DNA of 64,000 bases from an uncultured bacterium (GTDB lineage Bacteria > Elusimicrobiota > Elusimicrobia > Elusimicrobiales > Elusimicrobiaceae), in NCBI GenBank assembly GCA_949297775.1, contig CASFTM010000005.1, positions 26,605 to 90,604 of the forward strand, in the 5' to 3' direction. The first letter of the stretch is position 1, and each line of letters opens with the position of its first letter. A program made the translations under genes and the position numbers. Below, in pieces: positions 44,762 through 55,354 of this stretch. The notes below the pieces were generated by a model. That model searched no databases. It saw only the letters and a list, made by a program, of their open reading frames with translations, and was not told where the DNA came from.

Positions 44762-46105
44762 TTATGCCCGTATCCGGCGTGCATACACGGATTGCACCAC
44801 TCCCAGCGCCCACAAGCTGGACACCAGGTTGGACCCTCCGTACGAAATAAACGGCAATGGAATGCCTGCCACCGGCACAATACCGATAAGCATGCCAAAA
44901 TTTACCAGCATATAGGTAAAAAACATCCCAAATATGCCCGAACAGACCAAATAACCGTATCGGTCACTGGCGCTATACGCCACCATAATCGTCCGCCATA
45001 AAATCAGCAAATACAACCCCAACACCAAAAGGGTGCCCCACAAGCCGAGCTCTTCCCCCACTACGGCCAAGATAAAGTCGGTGTGTTTTTCGGGCACGAA
45101 CCCCAGGCGCGACTGGGTGCCGGAAAAGAGCCCTTTTCCCCAAATGCCGCCCGCCCCCATGGCAATTTGGGCTTGCAGTACATTGTAGCCGGCGCCCTGC
45201 GGGTCCGAACGGGGAGCCAAAAACGTTTCTACGCGCTTGCGTTGGTGGGGTTTCATTTGGTGGTCCACAAAAATACCGCCAAACAGCCCCGCCAGCACCA
45301 CCAGCGTTGCCAGCACAAAGTAAAACGACGGCAGAAAAATGCGCAGCTGCTTAAAAATCCACCACGTCAAATAACCGCCCAATATCACCAACACGGAAAA
45401 CCCCGCCATATACCACGGGCTGTGCGCCAGCTGATAAAACGCGTTTACAATCCAAATATCCATTAGCTCCGGGTGGAGATAGATATATGTCCAGGCAACC
45501 GTAAAAAAGCCCGTCACGCCTGCAAAAAGACCGATTAACCCCAAATAAAACACATTCACCCCAGTGCAAAAAAGCAACACCAACACAGCCGGGAAGGTAA
45601 CCACTACGGAAGAAAAATCCGGCTGCATCATAATCAGGCCGAAAATCGGCACCAACAGCGCCCCCAAGCCAAACAAGGTGGACACTTCCCTAATGCGCTG
45701 GCCGCGGCGGTCCAAATACGCCGCCGCCACCAAAATCGTACAGACGCGGCAAATTTCGGACGGCTGCATAGAAAAAAACGGCAAGACAAACCACGAACGG
45801 CTGCCCCGCTGGTAGGAGCCAAACAACAGCACCCCAATCAATAAAGCCAAAATAAAGCCATACAGGTATTGCCACTGCTCATCAAAAATTTGATAATTAA
45901 AACTCCACCCCACAAAAAACGCCAGCGCTCCAATAGGCAAGGCCACCAAGTGGGTACGCACTACAGAGTTGGACCACGACAGACTGTTTACGGCGGACAT
46001 AATACACAGCGCCCCCAACACCACCAGTCCAATCATTGCCCCAAACAGGACATAGTCCAACCGGCTCCGTCCTGCAGGCCGGCTAAAATTTCTAAATGCT
46101 GCCAT
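44762..46105 (-). CDS. rodA: Rod shape-determining protein RodA (SEDS)
   Basis: QPSE, QPDF, GYNVLQAQIAMG, PEKHTDFI, PFISYGGS. Confidence 0.95.
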   Translation of the reverse strand: MAAFRNFSRPAGRSRLDYVLFGAMIGLVVLGALCIMSAVNSLSWSNSVVRTHLVALPIGALAFFVGWSFNYQIFDEQWQYLYGFILALLIGVLLFGSYQRGSRSWFVLPFFSMQPSEICRVCTILVAAAYLDRRGQRIREVSTLFGLGALLVPIFGLIMMQPDFSSVVVTFPAVLVLLFCTGVNVFYLGLIGLFAGVTGFFTVAWTYIYLHPELMDIWIVNAFYQLAHSPWYMAGFSVLVILGGYLTWWIFKQLRIFLPSFYFVLATLVVLAGLFGGIFVDHQMKPHQRKRVETFLAPRSDPQGAGYNVLQAQIAMGAGGIWGKGLFSGTQSRLGFVPEKHTDFILAVVGEELGLWGTLLVLGLYLLILWRTIMVAYSASDRYGYLVCSGIFGMFFTYMLVNFGMLIGIVPVAGIPLPFISYGGSNLVSSLWALGVVQSVYARRIRA

Positions 46106-47951
46106 TTTCTTCTCCTGACGTCAAAAGTTCTTGATAATCTTCCTCCGTCCGTTCAGGCGCTTGCGGCCCTCCGGCGGTTTTGGCAGAGGCAGGCTCGTCT
46201 AAATCAAAATACGCCTCCAACATAGCGCGGGCGATGGGGCCGGCGGCGGAGCTGCCACCCTCGCCAAATTCCACAAACACCGCCAAAGCGATGGAAGGCT
46301 CTTCCCCTTCCCTCCCGGCAAAAGCCATAAACCAGCCGTGATCCTCCCCGTGCGGGTTTTGGGCCGTCCCGGTTTTACCGTATACGTCCAGTCCTTTAAT
46401 CCACACGCGGGCAGCAGTGCCGCCTTCCACGGTGTGCTTTAGGGCCTTAAAAAGCAAATCATACGTTTCGGGTTTTAAATCGGCTTTCTGCAAAATTTCC
46501 GTTTTGCCTAATACTTCGGTCTTGCCCGTTTGGTTACTGACGATTTTTTCCACATAATACGGGCGATACACGTTGCCGCGGCTGGCAATAGCGGCGGCAA
46601 ACTGGGCCATTTTCAGCGGGGTAAACAACAGTTCGCCCTGCCCGATAGACAAATTCAGCGTATCGCCAATAAACCAATACGTTTTGTTACGTGCACGGCG
46701 GGTAGGTCCGTAGAGGTTGCCGGCTTTTTCGCCCGGCAGGTCAATGCCTGTCTGGCGGCCGATCATAAACTCGCGTTCTATGCGCTCAATCGCGGCGGAA
46801 CCCGTCTGCGCAGCCACTTGGTAAAAATAAACGTCGCACGAATGGCCCATTCCGTCAAACAAATCTACCGGGCCGTGTTTGCCCCAACATCTAAATACGC
46901 GCGGACCGGAATCATAATATCCCGGACATTTGATTTTTTCGTTTACATCCAAATGCCCGTACTCCAAAGCGGCTGCCGCCGTAATAATCTTAAAAGTAGA
47001 AGCCGGCGGATAAATACCCTGTATGGCCAAATTATATTCATTGATTTTTTTGGATTGCTTGGGGGTGTCCTCATCGCTGTAGGGAACAAAGATATTCGGG
47101 TCATACGCGGGAGCACTGGCTAACGCCAAAACCGCCCCCGTGCGCGGATCCAGCGCTACGGCGGCGCCGCGGCCGGTTTTGGAGTTTTTGAGTCCTTCCT
47201 CGGCAGCGCGCTGCAGCTTAAAGTCCAACGTCAAATATACATCACTGCCGGCCGACCATTTTTTATCCTGAATAATACTTTTGACGCGCCCCCGGTAGTC
47301 CACTTCCAAGTATACGCCGCCATCGGTACCTTTCAGTTCTTTTTCAAATTTCTTTTCAATACCGTTTTTGCCGATTTTGGACGTCAGCCGGTACCCTAAC
47401 CGCGGATCGCGGTTGCGCCATTCGTGGTCGTCCATACTGCCAATATAGCCCAATAGGTGGCTGGCAAACCCGCCGTACGGATAACTGCGCTTGGTTTCTT
47501 CAATCAAATAGACACCCGGATAATACAGCCGCAGTTCCTGCAATGCCACGGTGCTTTTGGTAGATAAATTTTCCGCCAGCAGGATTGCTTTTCCAGTTTT
47601 GGTGCCTTCCTCCAGCTTAGCCAAAATATCCTCCGGCTCCATATGCAGCCGCGGGGCGAAGTCTTGTGCCAAACGCCCCAGATACATAGGGTCCTGGTTC
47701 CCGCCTAAATAATAAAAACTAAACGACGGTGCGTTGGACGCAACCGCTACCCCATCCGAGGTAAACACACGCCCGCGGGGGGCCGTTTGGTAAATAATTT
47801 GCGTGCGGTTCCGCTCCGCCATTTCCAAATACGCTTGGTGGCGCAGCACCTGAATATCTACCAAGCGCAGCGCTATCACGCCGCCCGCCACTGCGGCCAG
47901 TACCATCATAAACTTTAAGCGCGTATTAAAGAAAAGTTTTGTAACCGCCAT
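46092..47951 (-). CDS. mrdA: Penicillin-binding protein 2
   Basis: PASTFK (SxxK), SCDVYFY, KTGTAQ. Confidence 0.95.
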   Translation of the reverse strand: MAVTKLFFNTRLKFMMVLAAVAGGVIALRLVDIQVLRHQAYLEMAERNRTQIIYQTAPRGRVFTSDGVAVASNAPSFSFYYLGGNQDPMYLGRLAQDFAPRLHMEPEDILAKLEEGTKTGKAILLAENLSTKSTVALQELRLYYPGVYLIEETKRSYPYGGFASHLLGYIGSMDDHEWRNRDPRLGYRLTSKIGKNGIEKKFEKELKGTDGGVYLEVDYRGRVKSIIQDKKWSAGSDVYLTLDFKLQRAAEEGLKNSKTGRGAAVALDPRTGAVLALASAPAYDPNIFVPYSDEDTPKQSKKINEYNLAIQGIYPPASTFKIITAAAALEYGHLDVNEKIKCPGYYDSGPRVFRCWGKHGPVDLFDGMGHSCDVYFYQVAAQTGSAAIERIEREFMIGRQTGIDLPGEKAGNLYGPTRRARNKTYWFIGDTLNLSIGQGELLFTPLKMAQFAAAIASRGNVYRPYYVEKIVSNQTGKTEVLGKTEILQKADLKPETYDLLFKALKHTVEGGTAARVWIKGLDVYGKTGTAQNPHGEDHGWFMAFAGREGEEPSIALAVFVEFGEGGSSAAGPIARAMLEAYFDLDEPASAKTAGGPQAPERTEEDYQELLTSGEENGSI

Positions 47952-47959
47952 CTTTATTC

Positions 47960-48454
47960 CTATCCCTGCCGGCTAAAAGTGCCCCCGCCCATCAGCAGGC
48001 GCACTAATCCAAACACAACCGGCGAAAAAACCGCCGTTACCAGCGAACCTCCGGCTAAACTCCAGAAGCCGGGCCACATATCGGTAGAAGCAAACCACAA
48101 AAACAACAAGCTATTGAGCGCTCCGACCAAAAAAGTCAGCACAAACACGGTAACCATTTGGGGAGGAACGGCATCAAAATCAAACCGGTCGGATAAGGTA
48201 TACACCACACACGCCGCGACGGTAAAGGTAAAGGCGTTATTGCCAAACAATTTAGCTCCAAAAAAATCCAAGAAAAGCCCGCAAATAAAAGCCGCCGGAT
48301 AACCGAACCCCGGTTTTAATACGGCACAAAAAGCAATGGCAAAGGCTAAAATCATATTAACGCTTAAACCCCAATACGAAAATACGGAAGCAAAAGCCCA
48401 GTGAACCACGGTAGCTAAAATAAATAAAAACATCAGTTTAATTAAATTCCACAT
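47960..48454 (-). CDS. mreD: Rod shape-determining protein MreD
   Basis: Hydrophobic, GLFLDFF motif, between mreC and mrdA. Confidence 0.82.
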   Translation of the reverse strand: MWNLIKLMFLFILATVVHWAFASVFSYWGLSVNMILAFAIAFCAVLKPGFGYPAAFICGLFLDFFGAKLFGNNAFTFTVAACVVYTLSDRFDFDAVPPQMVTVFVLTFLVGALNSLLFLWFASTDMWPGFWSLAGGSLVTAVFSPVVFGLVRLLMGGGTFSRQG

Positions 48455-48455
48455 A

Positions 48456-49316
48456 TTATTTGTCGCCCCCGTCACCTAAAATCACAAACACTTCTTTTAC
48501 GGAAGAAGAATGCACCTGCGGTTCTACGTTCACCGTCAACGCCGTTTGGAAGCTTTCATCCTCCCGCACTCCGCTTACTTCCCCCACTAAAATCCCCGCC
48601 GGGAAAATACTGCTGGTAGAGGCCGTGAACACTTTGTCGCCTTTCTCCACTTTCGTTAACAGCGGAATATACTTAATCCGAACCGGACGCAGCCCATTGC
48701 CCACCAACAAGCCTTCTTCCTGGCCACGCTCTAAATAAACCGCGGCGGAAAAATCTTCATCCCGCACCAACAGGACTTTAGCGGTGTTTTCCGTCACTTC
48801 CACAACAACCCCCGCCAAGCCTTCTTTGCCGGCTTCCATAGAAATCACCGCACTGCGCTCCCGGATTCCGTCCCGGCTGCCTTTGTCTATAATAACGGTG
48901 TTCCATTGGGTGGGCTCCCGGTATGCCACTTTGGCCCATACCCCCGTCCAACGCTTGGCAGGCTTTAATTGCAAAATTTCCGTCAAGCGGCCGTTTTCAT
49001 CCAAAATGGCTTCCGCTTGCGAAGCCAACAGTTTGGTCATTTCAATTTCCTGCTTTAAGGCGCGGTTTTCCCGGTGGGTTTCCAACAATTCACGTACGGT
49101 TTGGCTTACATCTTCCGCATATTTGGCAGTTCCGTGGGCCAACCGCACTTGGGGAATAAATACATACGCCAGTACCGCTTTCACGGATGAAACAAAGCCT
49201 TCCAACGGCAAAATCATCAGTAAAAACGACAAGAGCAAAAAAGATACCGGCAGCAACAGCCGCTGGCGCACAGCGGGATCTGCCTGTTTTTTAGAAGATT
49301 TTTTACGGGGTAACAT
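48456..49316 (-). CDS. mreC: Rod shape-determining protein MreC
   Basis: TM plus coiled coil, IIDKGSRDG, FPAGILVGEV. Confidence 0.92.
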   Translation of the reverse strand: MLPRKKSSKKQADPAVRQRLLLPVSFLLLSFLLMILPLEGFVSSVKAVLAYVFIPQVRLAHGTAKYAEDVSQTVRELLETHRENRALKQEIEMTKLLASQAEAILDENGRLTEILQLKPAKRWTGVWAKVAYREPTQWNTVIIDKGSRDGIRERSAVISMEAGKEGLAGVVVEVTENTAKVLLVRDEDFSAAVYLERGQEEGLLVGNGLRPVRIKYIPLLTKVEKGDKVFTASTSSIFPAGILVGEVSGVREDESFQTALTVNVEPQVHSSSVKEVFVILGDGGDK

Positions 49317-49461
49317 ATATCAAATTCACCTGCCGCCTTTCCGGGCGGCGCATATAATTTCAGCACGTCGTCCTGTGCTGATAAGCCCTTTGCGGGCTGC
49401 CCCGCCCAGCAGTATACAGCTGAGCGGGCGGTTCAAAAACAATCGCAGGTAAAGACCCAAA

Positions 49462-49497
49462 AAGCGGACACGGTCCCCAAAAGAACTGTGTCCGCTT
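49462..49497 (-). terminator. Terminator-like hairpin after mreB
   Basis: AAGCGGACAC...GTGTCCGCTT with T5 on the minus strand. Confidence 0.65.
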
Positions 49498-49517
49498 AAA
49501 TTTTTCAGCAGCTCAAG

Positions 49518-50561
49518 CTAGAAAGATTTACCACGGGAGCTGAAGAAACGGGACCCTTTCTCGTTCAACTGTTCCAAGAATTTACCCGTTCCGAGCGCCA
49601 CACAGCTAAGTGGGTCAGCCGCGCGGTGAACGGGGATGTCCGTTTCCTTGCGGATGAGCTCAGTAATGCCTCTTAGCAAGCTGCCGCCTCCGGCCACCAC
49701 CAAGCCTCTGTCCACCAAATCGGCGGCCAGTTCCGGCGGGGTTTCTTCCAAGGTGCTCTTAATGACGTCAATAATCAGCCGCACCGGCTCCATCAGCGCC
49801 TGACGGATTTCTTCCGAAGTAACCGTCAGCGTCCGGGGCAACCCTTGCGTCTGGTCGCGTCCTTTGACTTCCATGGATTTTTCTTCTTTCAGCGGATAGA
49901 CGGAGCCTAAATTAATTTTTACTTCTTCGGCTGTCGTTTCGCCAATAATCAGGTTGTATTTTTTGCGGAAATACTGCACGATGCATTCCGTCAGTTCATC
50001 GCCGGCAACGTCGATGGATTTCGCCACCACCATACCGCCTAACGAAATAACGGCTACTTCCGTCGTGCCGCCGCCAATGTCTACAATCATACTGGCATGC
50101 GGTTCCGCAATCGGCAAATCGGCACCCATGGCCGAAGCCATGGGTTCTTCGATCAAATAGACCTCGCGTGCACCCGCCTGGCGGGCAGCGTCGTCTACCG
50201 CGCGTCTTTCTACGCCGGTAATATCCGAGGGAATGCCGATCACAATTCTAGGGCGTAACAGACTGCTTCTGCTGTGGACTTTGCGGATAAAATAACGAAT
50301 CATCTCTTGTGTTACTTCAAAATCCGCAATCACACCGTTCTTCATCGGGCGCACGGCCACGATGTTGGCAGGGGTTCTGCCAAGCATTTGCTTGGCTTTT
50401 GCGCCTACGGCTTTTACTTCGCCGGTTTCTCTTTCCACGGCTACCACAGAAGGTTCGCGCAGGACAATGCCCTTATCTTTTACATAAATCAGGCAGTTGG
50501 CCGTACCCAAATCCATTCCCAGGTCCGAGGAAAAAAGCCCCCCGAGATAGTCTATTACCAT
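49518..50561 (-). CDS. mreB: Rod shape-determining protein MreB
   Basis: [24 protein letters not shown]. Confidence 0.97.
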   Translation of the reverse strand: MVIDYLGGLFSSDLGMDLGTANCLIYVKDKGIVLREPSVVAVERETGEVKAVGAKAKQMLGRTPANIVAVRPMKNGVIADFEVTQEMIRYFIRKVHSRSSLLRPRIVIGIPSDITGVERRAVDDAARQAGAREVYLIEEPMASAMGADLPIAEPHASMIVDIGGGTTEVAVISLGGMVVAKSIDVAGDELTECIVQYFRKKYNLIIGETTAEEVKINLGSVYPLKEEKSMEVKGRDQTQGLPRTLTVTSEEIRQALMEPVRLIIDVIKSTLEETPPELAADLVDRGLVVAGGGSLLRGITELIRKETDIPVHRAADPLSCVALGTGKFLEQLNEKGSRFFSSRGKSF

Positions 50562-50569
50562 ATTCGCCC

Positions 50570-50914
50570 CTATTCTACCAATTTAACGATGGCTACTTGG
50601 GCATTGTCGCCTTGGCGCAGCCCCGCGCGGTAAATGCGGCAGAAACCGCCGGCGCGGTTGGCATAGCGGGCAGCCAGCACTTCAAACAATTTCTTCAGCG
50701 CAGCCGCATCTTTGAGCGTATCTTTGGCGGCGCGTTCGTTGTTGGCTTTGGCCAGGGTAATCAACCCTTCCACTACGCGGCGCACTTCTTTGGCTTTGGG
50801 CAAGGTGGTCTTCACTTCTTCGTGAAGAATGATGCTCGTGGCCATATTATTCAGCATCGCTTTGCGGTGGGACGCAGTCTTGCCAAGTTTTCTGTATCCG
50901 GTATTTTTAATCAT
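50570..50914 (-). CDS. rplQ: 50S ribosomal protein L17
   Basis: [17 protein letters not shown]; operon position. Confidence 0.96.
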   Translation of the reverse strand: MIKNTGYRKLGKTASHRKAMLNNMATSIILHEEVKTTLPKAKEVRRVVEGLITLAKANNERAAKDTLKDAAALKKLFEVLAARYANRAGGFCRIYRAGLRQGDNAQVAIVKLVE

Positions 50915-50929
50915 ACTAAAACTTACTCC

Positions 50930-51928
50930 TTAAATTTTCATACCGAGCGAAAGTTTCATCTCGGCAAGTCTTTCTTTGATTTCGTCCATCGATTTGGCAC
51001 CGAAGTTCTTAATCATTTTTAAGTCGTCTTCGGACATTTTAACCAAATCACGCACCGTGTTGATGTTTTCGGACTTGAGGCAGTTGATGGAACGGGAAGA
51101 CAATTCAATAAACTCAATGGACTGATTAAGCAATTCGTCCATTTTGGAATTGACATTCGCCCCCGCCACGGAACCAGTCATAGACACGGGTTCTTCCACC
51201 GCTTCGTCGCTGGTGGTGGCTACGCAGTCATCTTCGCCTTCAATCGTGAAAATATGCAGGGAGCTGGACAGCAACACCGCCGCGCGGTGGAGCGCACGGG
51301 CCGGCACCAGAGTACCGTCGGTGGTGATTTCCAAAATCAAGCGGTCATAGTCGGTTTTCTGCCCCACGCGGGCGGGTTCCACATCGTAGTGAACCTTCAC
51401 GATAGGAGAGAAAAGAGCATCCACCGGGATAAAACCCGCCGGACGTTGGATTTTGGCTAAATCTTCGGCCGGCACATAACCTTTGCCGCGGGAAATTTCA
51501 ATTTCCATTTCCAGGCTGCCGCCCACTTCCAGCGTAGCCAGGGCCAGGTCTTTATTGACAATTTCCACACCGTCCACTTCTTCAATATCCGCAGCGGTAA
51601 CTACTCCCGGCTTGGTGACATGCAGCTGCAGGTATTCGCGGTTTTTGCTTTCCATCTTCACACGCAGGTGCTTCAAGTTCAGCAAAATATTAATAACGTC
51701 TTCCCGTACATTCGGAATGGTGCTAAATTCATGCACCGCCCCCGCGATTCTGACGGCGGTAACGGCAGCCCCTTCCATACCGGACAGCAAAATCCGGCGC
51801 AGCGAGTTGCCCACCGTGTGGCCATAACCGCTTTCGTACGGTTCTGCGATAAATTTACCGTAGAAGTCGGACGCGGTTTTTTCTTCCAACTGAATCTTTT
51901 GCGGAAGGACTAATTCGTTAAAAGCCAT
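50930..51928 (-). CDS. rpoA: RNA polymerase alpha subunit
   Basis: GYGHTVGNSLRRILL, LSSRSINCLK, NFGAKS. Confidence 0.98.
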   Translation of the reverse strand: MAFNELVLPQKIQLEEKTASDFYGKFIAEPYESGYGHTVGNSLRRILLSGMEGAAVTAVRIAGAVHEFSTIPNVREDVINILLNLKHLRVKMESKNREYLQLHVTKPGVVTAADIEEVDGVEIVNKDLALATLEVGGSLEMEIEISRGKGYVPAEDLAKIQRPAGFIPVDALFSPIVKVHYDVEPARVGQKTDYDRLILEITTDGTLVPARALHRAAVLLSSSLHIFTIEGEDDCVATTSDEAVEEPVSMTGSVAGANVNSKMDELLNQSIEFIELSSRSINCLKSENINTVRDLVKMSEDDLKMIKNFGAKSMDEIKERLAEMKLSLGMKI

Positions 51929-51943
51929 TGCAAATCCTCCAAA

Positions 51944-52573
51944 CTATTTAGAGTAGTATTCGACGATGAGCTGCTCGTTGACAGGGTAGGACATTTCCGC
52001 TCTGTCGGGCCATCTTAAAAGTTTACCGGTTAATTTCTCCGCGTCATATTCCAAAAAGCTGGGCCGCTGGTTGCGTTTTTCGGCTTCGGTCAGCGCTTGT
52101 TTCACCTGGGCGTTTTCCGCCAAGGCGCTGTTTAACGCCACTTTATCGCCGATGCGCAGCTGGTAAGAGGGAACATTGACGGCTTTGCCGTTAACGGTCA
52201 CATATCCGTGCAGCACAATTTGGCGCGCAGCTTTCAAAGAAACAGCAAAGCCCAAGCGGCGGACAACATTGTCTAAGCGGGTTTCCAGTTTGCGCAAGAA
52301 GTTTTCGCCCGTCTGGCCTTCGGCTTTAGCGGCGGCGTCAAACAAATTGCGGAACGGAATTTCCGACATGCCGGACTGCAGTCTGGCTTTCTGTTTTTCC
52401 TGCAAGCGAATGCCGTATTCGGAGACTTTGGCCTTTCTAACTTTGCCGCCGCGTTTGGTTACGGCCGCCAACTTGTCAATAACGCAGTTGGTGTAGCATT
52501 TGGTTCCTTTCAAGAAAAGTTTGCAATCTAATTTTCTGCACTTTTTGCAGCTGGGTCCTGTATATCTAGACAT
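51944..52573 (-). CDS. rpsD: 30S ribosomal protein S4
   Basis: MSRYTGP, LETRLDNVV, EQLIVEYYS. Confidence 0.98.
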   Translation of the reverse strand: MSRYTGPSCKKCRKLDCKLFLKGTKCYTNCVIDKLAAVTKRGGKVRKAKVSEYGIRLQEKQKARLQSGMSEIPFRNLFDAAAKAEGQTGENFLRKLETRLDNVVRRLGFAVSLKAARQIVLHGYVTVNGKAVNVPSYQLRIGDKVALNSALAENAQVKQALTEAEKRNQRPSFLEYDAEKLTGKLLRWPDRAEMSYPVNEQLIVEYYSK

Positions 52574-52579
52574 AAATTT

Positions 52580-53002
52580 TTATACTCTCCTGGCTTTGGG
52601 CGGTCTGCATCCGTTGTGGGGGATGGGGGTGATGTCTTTAATAGAAGACACGGTTAAACCGGCTTGCTGTACGGCGCGCACGGCAGTTTCTCTGCCCTGG
52701 CCCGGGCCGCAAACTTTTACGGCTACTTCGCGCATACCCATCGCCACGGCTTTTTCGGCCGCTTTGTTGCTGGTAATTTGCGCAGCAAACGGAGTGCTTT
52801 TCTTGGTGCCTTTAAAGCCGTGGGAACCGGCGGTGGACCAAGCAATCGTATTGCCCTTGTCGTCCGAAACAGTCACGATCGTGTTGTTGAACGAGCAATA
52901 AATATGCACCACGCCGAATACCGGCGCTTTGGCGTTTTTCTTTTTTCCTTTCGCCGCCGGGGCTTTCGCCGCGGGGGCCGTTTTCACTTTTTCTTCTGCC
53001 AT
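52580..53002 (-). CDS. rpsK: 30S ribosomal protein S11
   Basis: [24 protein letters not shown]. Confidence 0.98.
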   Translation of the reverse strand: MAEEKVKTAPAAKAPAAKGKKKNAKAPVFGVVHIYCSFNNTIVTVSDDKGNTIAWSTAGSHGFKGTKKSTPFAAQITSNKAAEKAVAMGMREVAVKVCGPGQGRETAVRAVQQAGLTVSSIKDITPIPHNGCRPPKARRV

Positions 53003-53028
53003 ATGTTTTAAATTCCTAATCTCTAAAT

Positions 53029-53403
53029 TTATTTGGTTTTAGAACCCACGGTTTTTCTTCTGCCGCGGCGGGTTCTGCTGTTGGTTTTGGTGCGCTGTCC
53101 GCGGACCGGCAGGTTGCGGCGGTGGCGCTGGCCTCTGTAAGAACCAATCTCAATAGAGCGGTGAATGTTTTGCGCTACTTCGCGGCGCAGTTCACCTTCC
53201 ACTTTGTATTCTTTCTGCAAAATGGTGTTAAGCAAACCGGCCTGCTGTTCGGTCAAGTCTTTCACGCGGGTGGCGGGATCAATCTGGCCGTCTAATTTGG
53301 CAAGCACTTCTTTCGCGTTTTTCTTGCCGATGCCATAAATGTATTCCAACGCGACATCTATTCTTTTGTTTTTCGGTAAATCAATACCTGCGACTCTAGC
53401 CAT
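53029..53403 (-). CDS. rpsM: 30S ribosomal protein S13
   Basis: [20 protein letters not shown]. Confidence 0.98.
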   Translation of the reverse strand: MARVAGIDLPKNKRIDVALEYIYGIGKKNAKEVLAKLDGQIDPATRVKDLTEQQAGLLNTILQKEYKVEGELRREVAQNIHRSIEIGSYRGQRHRRNLPVRGQRTKTNSRTRRGRRKTVGSKTK

Positions 53404-53424
53404 ATCTTATAAAACTCCTATAAA

Positions 53425-53538
53425 TTAACCTTGGCGCTGTTTGTGTTTCGCGACTTCGCAAACCACCCGCACAACACCGTTGCGTTTAATGATTTTGCAT
53501 TTCTGACATATCTTCTTTACACTGGCTCTGACTTTCAT
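53425..53538 (-). CDS. rpmJ: 50S ribosomal protein L36 (not in ORF track)
   Basis: Hand translation [37 protein letters not shown]. Confidence 0.96.
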   Translation of the reverse strand: MKVRASVKKICQKCKIIKRNGVVRVVCEVAKHKQRQG

Positions 53539-53751
53539 TTATTTCTCCCTATAAGTTATTCTCCCACGGGTCAAGTCATACGGAGAAAGTTCCAGCCTGA
53601 CCTTGTCGCCCGGAAGAATTCTTATATGATGAACTCTCATTTTGCCGGATATATGTCCCAGAATAATTTTGCCGCCCGGTATTTCTATTTTAAACATCGC
53701 GTTGGGCAGCGCTTCCAAGACTTTACCTTCAATTTCGATTTTATCGCTCAT
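53539..53751 (-). CDS. infA: Translation initiation factor IF-1
   Basis: [24 protein letters not shown]. Confidence 0.98.
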   Translation of the reverse strand: MSDKIEIEGKVLEALPNAMFKIEIPGGKIILGHISGKMRVHHIRILPGDKVRLELSPYDLTRGRITYREK

Positions 53752-53827
53752 ACAACTCCGAGTTCGGATTAAATCTCAGAACAAACGTCCGCCCGCGCCA
53801 TTTTTCCTTCAAATGCGCGGCCGAATG

Positions 53828-54580
53828 TTATTCAAAAGCAGTGAAAATCTCACTGCCGTTAGCCGTTACGGCTACCGTGTGCTCAAAGTGGGCCGCATAA
53901 CTGCCGTCCCGGGTCACCACGGTCCAACCGTCGTCCAGCTCCCTGACTCTGAATGTTCCCGCAGTAAGCATAGGTTCTATGGCCAGGACCATTCCTTTCT
54001 CCAACAACGGCCCCGTGCCCGGTTTCCCGAAATTCGGGATACTGGGCTCCTCGTGCATATTACGGCCGATTCCGTGCCCGCAATAGTCACGCACCACGCC
54101 CATACCTTGGGATATGGCAAAAGTTTCCACCGCGTGTTGTACATCGCCTAAGCGATTACCCGGTTTGACTTGCCCGATTGCCTTATATAAAGACTTTTTG
54201 GTAACGTCCATCAGTCTTTGGGCTTCGTCGGAAACTTTCCCCACACCGAGGGTGATTGCGGCATCCGAACAGAAGCCGTCAAGGCGGGCCCCTGTATCGA
54301 TACTGATAATATCACCACTCTTTAATATTCTATCTTTTTTTGGGATTCCGTGCACGACTTCTTCGTTTACCGAAGCACAAATACTACCCGGAAACCCATA
54401 ATAACCCAGAAACAACGGCGTCGCCCCGAAGGAGCGAATCGTTTTCTCGGCTGCTTGGTCCAAATCCAGCGTGGAAATGCCGGGCTTTACCATTTCGGTC
54501 ATCAACTTGAGTACCGCCGCGGTTACTTTGCCCGCTTCCCGCATTTTTTGGAGTTCGCTATCGTTTTTTACTTCTATCAT
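53828..54580 (-). CDS. map: Methionine aminopeptidase type I
   Basis: SVNEEVVHGIP, GHGIG, HEEP, AIEPM, HFEHT. Confidence 0.97.
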   Translation of the reverse strand: MIEVKNDSELQKMREAGKVTAAVLKLMTEMVKPGISTLDLDQAAEKTIRSFGATPLFLGYYGFPGSICASVNEEVVHGIPKKDRILKSGDIISIDTGARLDGFCSDAAITLGVGKVSDEAQRLMDVTKKSLYKAIGQVKPGNRLGDVQHAVETFAISQGMGVVRDYCGHGIGRNMHEEPSIPNFGKPGTGPLLEKGMVLAIEPMLTAGTFRVRELDDGWTVVTRDGSYAAHFEHTVAVTANGSEIFTAFE

Positions 54581-55215
54581 TTTACCTTCTTGAGGACATT
54601 TACAATGTCTTCAAAAACTTGTTCGGGCGTTTGGTTCCCTTTAATTTCCACATACTTGCCGCTGTTTTGGTAATAACTCTTTACCGGCAGCGTTTCCGTG
54701 TGGTATACTTCCAACCGGTGTTTTACGCGTTCTGCCGTATCGTCCGGGCGCGTATAGAGCTCCCCGCCGCACACCGGGCATTTGTTAGCCGGTGCCTCCG
54801 GCGAAACGTGCAAAATCTCACCGCATTGGCGGCATTGGCGGCGCGAAGTAATGCGTCTGACGACTTCGCTTTCCGGCAAGTCAATCATTACCACTTCCGA
54901 AATTTCGCGGCCCAGCCGCGTCATCATCCCGTCCAGCGCCTTTGCTTGCGCTACGGTGCGAGGAAATCCGTCAAAGATGATGCCTTTGTCGGTCCCTTTG
55001 ACGATATTTTCCAACATAGAAATCATCAATTCGTCCGGCACCAAATTGCCTTTGTTGATAATTCCGGCAATCTCTTTGCCTAAAGCCGAACCGGATGCAA
55101 TTTCCGCGCGGAGCACATCCCCGGTGGAAATATGTTTTAAATGAAATTTATCCTGCAATTTAGCCGACTGAGTGCCTTTTCCGGCACCGGGGCAGCCCAT
55201 TAATACAATATTCAC
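54577..55215 (-). CDS. adk: Adenylate kinase
   Basis: GCPGAGKGTQ, FDGFPRT, Cys4 LID. Confidence 0.97.
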   Translation of the reverse strand: MNIVLMGCPGAGKGTQSAKLQDKFHLKHISTGDVLRAEIASGSALGKEIAGIINKGNLVPDELMISMLENIVKGTDKGIIFDGFPRTVAQAKALDGMMTRLGREISEVVMIDLPESEVVRRITSRRQCRQCGEILHVSPEAPANKCPVCGGELYTRPDDTAERVKHRLEVYHTETLPVKSYYQNSGKYVEIKGNQTPEQVFEDIVNVLKKVK

Positions 55216-55354
55216 TTGAAAAACCTTCTTTCTAAAGAACTTCAGACAACTTTGCGTTTAGACCCCGTAAGATCTAAACGCAAAATAGTTTTGTTCCCGT
55301 TAAAACGGAAAACGGGGAGCGCTGCTTTTGGCGGCAGGCTCCCCTTTTACAAAA

